From positions 1,054 through 65,053 of the forward strand of contig CALKBX010000014.1 of NCBI GenBank assembly GCA_937775205.1: a stretch of 64,000 nt of DNA. Direction: 5' to 3'. Shown here one piece after another: positions 57,288-64,000 of this stretch (within the stretch, counting starts at the first letter, position 1; each line of letters starts with the position of its first letter). The notes below the pieces were generated by a model. That model had not been told where the DNA came from, did not search any database, and saw nothing but the letters and a program-made list of their open reading frames with translations. The stretch is from an uncultured Verrucomicrobiae bacterium (GTDB lineage: Bacteria > Verrucomicrobiota > Verrucomicrobiia > Limisphaerales > UBA1100). The position numbers and the translations under genes were made by a program.

Positions 57288-57920
57288 ATGGCGAAAACTA
57301 CCCAAAAGTATTTCCTGCTCATAACCTGCCTCACGGCCTAAGTGGATTGGCGGGAGCAGGCGAGGCGGTGAAGTTGTTTGATGGCAAGACGTTTGCCGGT
57401 TGGGAGGGGAACCGAGCAATCTTTTCGCATTGAGCAGGGTGCGGTGGTTGGAGGCAGCCTAAAGGAAAAGGTTCCCCGCAATGAATTTCTTTGCACGAAA
57501 AAGACGTACAAAAATTTCATCCTCACGCTGGAGGTAAAGCTGCTGGGCGGGCCCAAGGCGAATGCGGGGATTCAGATTCGCACGAAACGCATTCCGAACC
57601 ATCACGAAGTGAGCGGCTACCAAGCCGACATGGGCGTGGGCTGGTGGGGGAGTTTGTACGATGAATCGCGCCGGAACAAAGTGCTGGCGCGAGCGGATGC
57701 GGCGGTCATCCAAAAGGCGCTGAAGCCCGATGACTGGAACCAATACAAAATCCATTGTGAAGGCCGGCGCATTCGATTGTATCTTAACGGGCAGTTGACG
57801 GTGGACTACACCGAGCCGGATCCAAAGATTCCTGAGGAAGGCGTGATTGCCCTGCAGATCCATGGCGGTCCCCCGAGCGAGGCTTGGTATCGGGAGATTA
57901 CCCTCATGGAATTGCCCTAA
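57288..57920 (+). CDS. DUF1080 (3-keto-disaccharide hydrolase family) protein, two frameshifts near the 5' end
   Basis: LFDGKTFAGWEG, NAGIQIR, GYQADMG, GSLYDE, WNQY, GVIALQIH. Confidence 0.85.
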
Positions 57921-57958
57921 TCCGCCGATGAACCGAATCTGCTGAAATTTGAAGGGTG

Positions 57959-60645
57959 CTATTTGGGCTGTGCGAGGTGGTATTGATTCACCTTGGGGTT
58001 TCCAATGCGGGTGGTTTTCCCGTTGCCCCAGTTGATTTCCAATGTCTCCACGGTCTTGAGATCGCCGAGGCCGAAGTGAACGATGGCGGGGTGTTGCGAC
58101 CGCAGGGAATCGCCGGTGATGACGGGCTGGACAAAGGTCTTGTCGCCCGCCTTGAGTTTGACCACTGCTCCGAGGGGCGAGATGCCGTGGCGGCCCCTTA
58201 AGCGAATGCCGATCCAGTTGCCGGAGGTTTCCCAGTTATTCTTGATGACGTGCAGCAATTCGCTGGAGCCGCGGATTTTGGCTGAGAGTTGTGCGACCAG
58301 TAAATCCGGCCGACCATCGGCATCGAAGTCAGCTCCCACCACCACGCGCGAATCAAACTCATGCGACACGCCGAGCAGGAAGGCCACATTCACAAACCCC
58401 TCGCCCGGCAGGTTCAGGTAAAACACATTGTGCTCAAACCCGTTCCACGAGTTGCCGCCTAGTTCGTTCGTGCAAGGTTCCCTTAAAATAATTATCCAAC
58501 ACACAGTCGCGCTTGGAATTGCCGGAATAAATATCGTGTCGCCAAAAAGTGGTGCAATAATCCTTGGCGGAATCACGGCTGAGATGGCCATTGGCGACGA
58601 AGATGATCGCGGTCGCCATCGAGGTCAAAGTCCGCGCCGGTAACACCCCAGCTCCATCCGGCGCGGGCCACCTGATGGTTATAGGGCGCCTGTGCAAAGC
58701 CATCCTTTCCCGCCGAGGAAAAGGCGGTTACCGTAGCCCATCTTCATGCGGTGAGCCTGGTGCCCGGCAAAATCCGTTACGACCGGCCTTCATGGTTTCC
58801 AACCGGCGTGCGGTGGTGGAGCCCATACCGGTCATGTATAGGTCCAGGCGTCCGTCGCCGTTGAAGTCACCCAGGGCGTGGCTCATGCCGAAGCTGAAAC
58901 GATCCTCCCCGAGGGTGGCCGTGATGTCAGTGAAGCGGCCCTTGCCGTCGTTAAGATAAAGGTCGAGGCCGGAGAAGTCGCTGACGTTCATGAGATCCAA
59001 ATCGCCATCGCCATCGAGATCCACGAGGGAACCGCTGTACGAACGGCGGAAGCGTTTGCCCGCAAGGCCGGCGGACTCGGTGGCATCGGTGAAGTTGCCG
59101 CGGCCATCATTCAACAACAGGTAGGAGGGATAGCCGTCGTTGGCATTATAATAGGGAGTGGGAAACTGGCCTTCTATGTAGGGAACTTGTACTGCATCAC
59201 CCACACATCCAAATCTCCGTCGCCATCCACATCGCCCGCGCTGCAGGCGGAGGGGCTGCGCAATTGCCCGCCATGGGAAATTCACGGGGCTGGGTTGGTA
59301 AACTGACCGGCCCGATGGCAGGTACAGCAGGGGTTGCCTAGCGTTTGCGAAAAGGCCAGAAGATCCATTAGGCTCGTCGCCGTTGAAATCGGCGATAATG
59401 CCCGCTGAGGGCGGTCTTTGGGAAATCGCAGCAAGGGTTCGAGATCAAATTTCCAATTACCGCGATTCCAATGCAGTTCGTTGGCTCCGGGCAGGATGAT
59501 TTCCGGCAGCCCATCACCGTTGAGATCTTTCACCAGAGTGGGACTAAGTGCGGTGCCCTTGTCGTTTGATGAAGCAATCTTGAGTTTCGGTACAAACGGA
59601 GCTGCGCCGGTGCGCTCGAGAGCGCGGAGAGAGTCGACCGCGAGCTCGCCCACACTGCAAATCCTGAGCACCCTCGCAGCTTGAGCCATTCGACCTGTAG
59701 TTCCCCGCGGAGGATGACGCGGCGGGTTTCATTTTGGGCATGGATAGTAAATCTGAAAAGCGAGTCCGCCGCATCCGAACCTTCCTTGAAGGCAAATGTT
59801 TCCTGATGCCACTCCGATTCAATCAACTCCCAACCCTCCGCCTTGCGGGCCGCCAACCAGGCCTTCCATTCCGCGGGGTTCATCGGCTTGGTGTCCGCGT
59901 TCAGCTTGAGGCGCCGGTCAATGATGTTCCATTCCAGCGTGCGTTTGGATTGCGGTTCAGGCAGGGCAAGGCTGGAGAAACCAAACTCCGCCAGCGGGGC
60001 AAATTTATCCTTGGCCCCGCGCAGTTCATCCCACAAATCCGTGAACACCGCTTCCACCTGTTGCGCGGCGGTTTCCTCTTTCCATACGGTTTGATCCAGT
60101 TGCTCTCCGTTCTTGAACCACGGTTTGGATGCGTTGCTGCAGCTCCTCCGGCAAAGCCTCTTTCACCAAACGTCCTGCCTCAAACTCACGATGGCCCACG
60201 TGCAGCCCGTCCGGTTCCCACTCATCCCAGTTCCCGTCCGGTTGTCCTTCACGAAAAGTCGCACGCCAGCGTAGTTGGCCGTTCGGGTGCCATTCGGAGC
60301 ATTCGCCATCGCGTTTTCCAGCTGCGAAGGAGAGCTCTGTTTTTTGTTTTCCTTCCGGATACCACTCGCGCCATTTCCCGTGGGATCTTCCGTCCTTGTA
60401 GATTTTTTCCACCCGACGATCTGCCATTGGGGTAAGTGCTCTTTACCGCTCCAGAAAACGGGATGATTTCCTGCCTGAAATAGTTCAGCCCATCGGCGCG
60501 CTTTTCCAGGTCGGAGGCCTGCGCGACGCGTTGGTTGGGTTTCGTGGCAGTGGAAGGTCCGGCGGGTTTCGAGTCACGCGAGCAACCCAAGCCGAGGGCA
60601 AGAATCACAACGCACAGTAGCTGCAGAAATGAGCAATTTTTTCAT
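57959..60645 (-). pseudogene. Lipoprotein with MORN repeats plus CRTAC1/FG-GAP/ASPIC-UnbV domains, multiply frameshifted
   Basis: Fragments in several frames: LGLGC lipobox, WYPEGKQK repeats, DLDGDGDLDL, DFNGDGRLDL, DFDADGRPDL, HFGLG. Confidence 0.75.
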
Positions 60646-60945
60646 GGTCGCAAAAGCTTCGCTTGAATCAATCCTATGAAAGAAGAAGCTCTCGCGCAAA
60701 CTTTATGAGTTGAACGGAAGAATAGATTCATCCGACCTTAAAAACGGTGGAATGATTTGGGTAGCAACCTTGAATGCAAGCCGGGCTAAATAGGAAAACA
60801 TGCTTTTATCATTAGTAAAAGGGAGTGATTTTAGATAGAAAAAGGTGTTGCATGGCCTGAGCTTTTCCCGCAAAATTAATTCGCTCTGTCGCTTCGGCGG
60901 CGGGGCCGATTAATCGATCCTGTCAAAGAAAACCCAAATAACAAA

Positions 60946-61161
60946 ATGCTAAAGAAATACACGAAATATGCGGCTACGGCGTTTGCTGTGGCTTCCCTAT
61001 CCACATTCATGATTGGCTGTGGTGAGGTTGCAGAGGAAGACACAACCCCAGAAGTTCCTCCAACGGAACCTGAAACAAGTGAAGCACCAGCACCAGGTGC
61101 AGATGCAGGTGCAGGTGGTCCAGGGGCGGGAGAAGAGCCTTTGAAGGTACCGGGAGAATAA
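60946..61161 (+). CDS. Small acidic Pro/Gly-rich lipoprotein
   Basis: MLKK...FMIGC lipobox with a low-complexity acidic tail; followed by a terminator. Confidence 0.75.
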   Translation: MLKKYTKYAATAFAVASLSTFMIGCGEVAEEDTTPEVPPTEPETSEAPAPGADAGAGGPGAGEEPLKVPGE

Positions 61162-61193
61162 GGCCCGGAAGCTAACCCAATAGTATTCTAAGC

Positions 61194-61220
61194 AAAGCTC
61201 CCCCGCGGGGGAGCTTTTTT
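61194..61220 (+). terminator. Intrinsic terminator
   Basis: AAAGCTCCCCC-GC-GGGGGAGCTTTTTT. Confidence 0.85.
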
Positions 61221-61313
61221 GTGGCTTGATGGTAATGAGGGTTATCCGGTGTTCGTACATTGGCGCAACCGGATTCGCCCTAATATGGTTAATTTGTTTA
61301 AAACGAGCCCAAC

Positions 61314-61345
61314 AAAAAACCCCCCCGACCTGCGTCGGAGGGGTT
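61314..61345 (-). terminator. Intrinsic terminator of the pilin-like gene
   Basis: AACCCCTCCGAC-GCAG-GTCGGGGGGGTTTTTT on the minus strand. Confidence 0.8.
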
Positions 61346-61370
61346 GAATTTTATTCAGGTTTTTTGCAGT

Positions 61371-62417
61371 TTATTCGGTAACTTGTTGGAAAAGAGTTAC
61401 GGAACCATTCCGCGGGAATTCACCTGCACCACCCGTGGCTTTCGCTGCTGTGGTCAGCTGCGCTCTCCACGTGGCGTTGTCTCCCTGCACCACAGCACCA
61501 TCAGAAGTCGAGAAGTTACCCTGACCGGCGTCCAGTCCGGATATGCCCCAATGTTTGGCAGCTCCAGGACTCTTGCCTGCGAAGCTACCACCATGGCCGT
61601 TGACGCCGCCCGAGCCATCGGCACCAATGAAGTCGGTACCGTTACCAGCGTTGCCGCGACCGGCGTTTCGCCAGCTTCCCTCGCTGGTTCCCACAGGAAG
61701 GGTAGTCATGTGCCAATCATTGCCATTCAACCATCCGGTGGGCGTCATGAAGAATTCCTTGCCCCAGCCTTGGATGTTGCGGGTGAGGCTAAGCACTGTC
61801 TCGGGTTTCTGTTCATCACCACCCATATGGATGCCATAACTTCCAGACTTGCCACCATTATAATAGCATGCCGCGTTCCAGCCCATTAATTTGTCACCGC
61901 TCGAGCCACCATCAAGGTTGCCTCTCGTGGCAGCCACTTGGTTTTTGCTTTTGGCTTTTGGATCCGAGGGAGAGAGCCACATCTTGTGAGTGGTCAGCGA
62001 AGCGCGAAGAGCAGGAAGGGTGCTGATGTAGCGAATGTCGGCCATGTGATGATTCCGATGGAATCTAAAGCCAGCCATTGGCTTGTTACTTCCCTGATAA
62101 ACGGCCTGTTCGCCGAAATCATTGCCCCAATTGTGTGAACGCCAGTGATTATTCCTTGGTGTCTGGTCGCGGTAGTCACTCGCATAAGCATCCATAGCAT
62201 CACGATCCTGCAAATTCTGGATCATCGCTCCGGTATCACCGGCCATGCTAAGAAGAGCCTTGGAGATCTGACCGACATTGTTGGAACATTTGAGTCGATT
62301 AGCCTTTTTCTTAGCTTTAGCCAAGGTGGGAAGGAGCATACTGGCCAGGATGCCGATAATGGCGATCACTACCAGCAACTCGATGAGGGTAAATCCCTTA
62401 TTGATTTGTTTTTTCAT
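61371..62417 (-). CDS. Prepilin-type N-terminal cleavage/methylation protein (PVC pilin-like)
   Basis: [30 protein letters not shown]...CSNN; C-terminal [10 protein letters not shown] (H-X9-DG-like). Confidence 0.9.
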   Translation of the reverse strand: MKKQINKGFTLIELLVVIAIIGILASMLLPTLAKAKKKANRLKCSNNVGQISKALLSMAGDTGAMIQNLQDRDAMDAYASDYRDQTPRNNHWRSHNWGNDFGEQAVYQGSNKPMAGFRFHRNHHMADIRYISTLPALRASLTTHKMWLSPSDPKAKSKNQVAATRGNLDGGSSGDKLMGWNAACYYNGGKSGSYGIHMGGDEQKPETVLSLTRNIQGWGKEFFMTPTGWLNGNDWHMTTLPVGTSEGSWRNAGRGNAGNGTDFIGADGSGGVNGHGGSFAGKSPGAAKHWGISGLDAGQGNFSTSDGAVVQGDNATWRAQLTTAAKATGGAGEFPRNGSVTLFQQVTE

Positions 62418-62502
62418 GGTATTTATTTGTTGTTCTGGGTTACGCGCCTTCGTTTAGCAAAAGCGCGGGTGGATTGATATTATACCAATCCGTCAAAACG
62501 CG

Positions 62503-62518
62503 CGCAAGTTTGATGCCA
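62503..62518 (-). promoter_or_regulatory. Sigma-54 promoter of the pilin-like gene
   Basis: TGGCAT-CAAAC-TTGCG on the minus strand, ~85 nt upstream of the ATG. Confidence 0.7.
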
Positions 62519-62806
62519 ATTAGTTTTTGGCAGTTTTATGGGAGAGAACGAGGTGATTCCGCGATTGATGCGTGGAAAATCGAAGTTTGGGAGATTTTTC
62601 ACGCAAAGAGTGGGGTTATTGTGACGGTTCCCGGGAGACAGGGTTAAGGGCTTGAAATGTGAGGGCGTTGTTGAAGCTCCATGTATTCGAAGTGCATGAT
62701 TTGCGAAAAAGGGCTTGCCAAATCAAGGGGTTTGTTAAAAAATGCCCGTTCAGCCGTGACGCGGCGGAACCTTAGTGAGACTAAACCTGTCGAAAGAAAA
62801 ATAGAA

Positions 62807-63007
62807 ATGTTGAAGCAAAACCTGACCAAAGTAATCGCCGTGGCTACCATCGCTGCGGCTGGCGTATTCGTTTCCGGTTGCGCGGAAGAGGCTGTTGAAG
62901 ATGACGGCACGCCCGCCGTGAGCGAAGATGGCGCGGAGCTCGAAGACGATCCGCAGGGCGATCCTGAAGCTGGCGGCGATGATGCTGGCGGCGAAGAAGG
63001 GAAGTAA
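62807..63007 (+). CDS. Small acidic lipoprotein, paralogue of 60946-61161
   Basis: MLKQ...FVSGC lipobox with an acidic Gly-rich tail. Confidence 0.75.
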   Translation: MLKQNLTKVIAVATIAAAGVFVSGCAEEAVEDDGTPAVSEDGAELEDDPQGDPEAGGDDAGGEEGK

Positions 63008-63043
63008 CGCACCTAACTCGCACAACTCAAAACGATTAACAAG

Positions 63044-63070
63044 AAAGCCCTCCGTTTACGGGGGGCTTTT
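63044..63070 (+). terminator. Intrinsic terminator
   Basis: AAAGCCCTCCG-TTTA-CGGGGGGCTTT. Confidence 0.75.
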
Positions 63071-63215
63071 CCTTTTCCGGCTTCAATCAAAAAAGGCCAC
63101 GGGGGAGATAAGTTTGATCGGGTTCTATTCACCATAGAATACTCTTAGTCCTCCCACAAAACCCATCGGTGTGGCTGAATGTTTTTGTGAGGTTCTTCTA
63201 TACAACAAATTAGAT

Positions 63216-63249
63216 AAAAAAACCCCCCCTGGCATAGCCGGGGGGGGTT
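63216..63249 (-). terminator. Intrinsic terminator of the second pilin-like gene
   Basis: C-run/G-run hairpin followed by a T-tract on the minus strand. Confidence 0.75.
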
Positions 63250-63269
63250 GTGGTTGGGCCTATTAGAGA

Positions 63270-64000
63270 CTACCAACGGAAACGGTTAGCTGTGTTAACC
63301 GGACTGGTGTGAGTGCCGCCTTTTTGTTTGGCGGTGGTGGCGAGGGCTTCGTTCCACTGAGCTTGGTCACCTGCCAGAACGGAACCGTCAGAAGTGGACC
63401 AGTTGCCGGTATTGGCATCTAAGCCGGACATTGAGCAATTCGCCCAACCATTACCGGGGCCGATCAGGTCTCTTCCGCGAGCGGAAGTGGTTAGGCGCGT
63501 TTGCATCGTACCGTTCGGCCACTGCACGCTGCCGCCAGGCAGATTGTTCCATTGCGAGCGCCAGTCACCACGGACATTCCGGGTGATTGCGAGCATTGAC
63601 TGGGGAGTTTGGTCATCACCCATTTGGTGGTAGCCATAGCTGCCGGCGTGGTGGGATATGTAGTTACCTCGGTCGCCCCACTGGTTTGCGGCCCATTTGC
63701 CACCGTCGAGCTTGCCTCGTGTGCTATCCGCTTGGTTACCACTCTTCATCCTGGGATCAGATGGCGAGAGGATCATTTTCGAGCTGTCCAAGGCGCGACG
63801 GATGGCGGGCAGGGTCATAACGAAACGAATGTCAACCATGTGATGGTTGTGTGTATAGTTCAGCGTAGTGGTACCGTCGGCCCGGCGGTAGTCAGAGGCG
63901 TAGGCGGCCTTGTTGTCGTCCTTTTGCATGAGCCACGGCATCGCTTCAAAATCACCGGCGAATCCGATATAAGCTTTGGAAGATTGACCAACGTTATTGG
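63270..64000 (-). CDS. Second pilin-like paralogue, 5' end outside the window
   Basis: Frame open to the window edge (NNVGQSSKAY...); shares AYASDYR, NHHMxDIR, LSPSDP, GSYG, TRN and SGLDA...STSDG blocks with 61371-62417. Confidence 0.85.
   Translation of the reverse strand, partial: NNVGQSSKAYIGFAGDFEAMPWLMQKDDNKAAYASDYRRADGTTTLNYTHNHHMVDIRFVMTLPAIRRALDSSKMILSPSDPRMKSGNQADSTRGKLDGGKWAANQWGDRGNYISHHAGSYGYHQMGDDQTPQSMLAITRNVRGDWRSQWNNLPGGSVQWPNGTMQTRLTTSARGRDLIGPGNGWANCSMSGLDANTGNWSTSDGSVLAGDQAQWNEALATTAKQKGGTHTSPVNTANRFRW

Noticed and set aside
1-64000. CRISPR array or cas genes
   Set aside because: No regularly spaced identical repeats with unique spacers; the heptamer elements are palindromic and dispersed.

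Overview
GC-rich bacterial chromosome segment, most likely a Verrucomicrobiota (Pedosphaera/Limisphaera-like) genome. The assignment is inferred from a PVC-type heme-c protein, a long GreA, prepilin-type proteins, BBP2-like porins, a sulfatase and a DUF1080 protein. Most of the window is housekeeping: aroB, trpG/pabA, greA, rsmB, fabI, iscS, mrp, pyrR-pyrB with a PyrR attenuator, a two-subunit fumarase, lpxA, radC, hflX-miaA-lspA-dnaN, uppP, tRNA-Val(GAC), lptF/G, xylA and dusB. Several genes carry single-base frameshifts, densest at 54.5-60.7 kb; these look like long-read assembly errors. The main non-routine signals are: (1) a ~160-nt structured leader with a terminator, SAM-clan-like but non-canonical, in front of a 70-aa arm-binding-domain-like gene, a radical SAM gene and a GT2 gene; (2) a tandemly repeated module of a small acidic lipoprotein convergent with a variable pilin-like gene, one copy with a sigma-54 promoter; (3) an IscS paralogue that has lost the PLP lysine but kept the catalytic Cys, coupled to Mrp; (4) an oriC-like region upstream of dnaN with no dnaA, plus dispersed DnaA-box clusters; (5) a 1.3-kb integrase-less sialidase islet bounded by a tRNA 3'-end duplication; (6) heptamer-built palindromic repeats that supply stop codons; (7) many apparently leaderless promoters; (8) an unannotated 31-aa membrane peptide behind a consensus sigma-54 promoter. 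No CRISPR array, transposase or integrase was seen.
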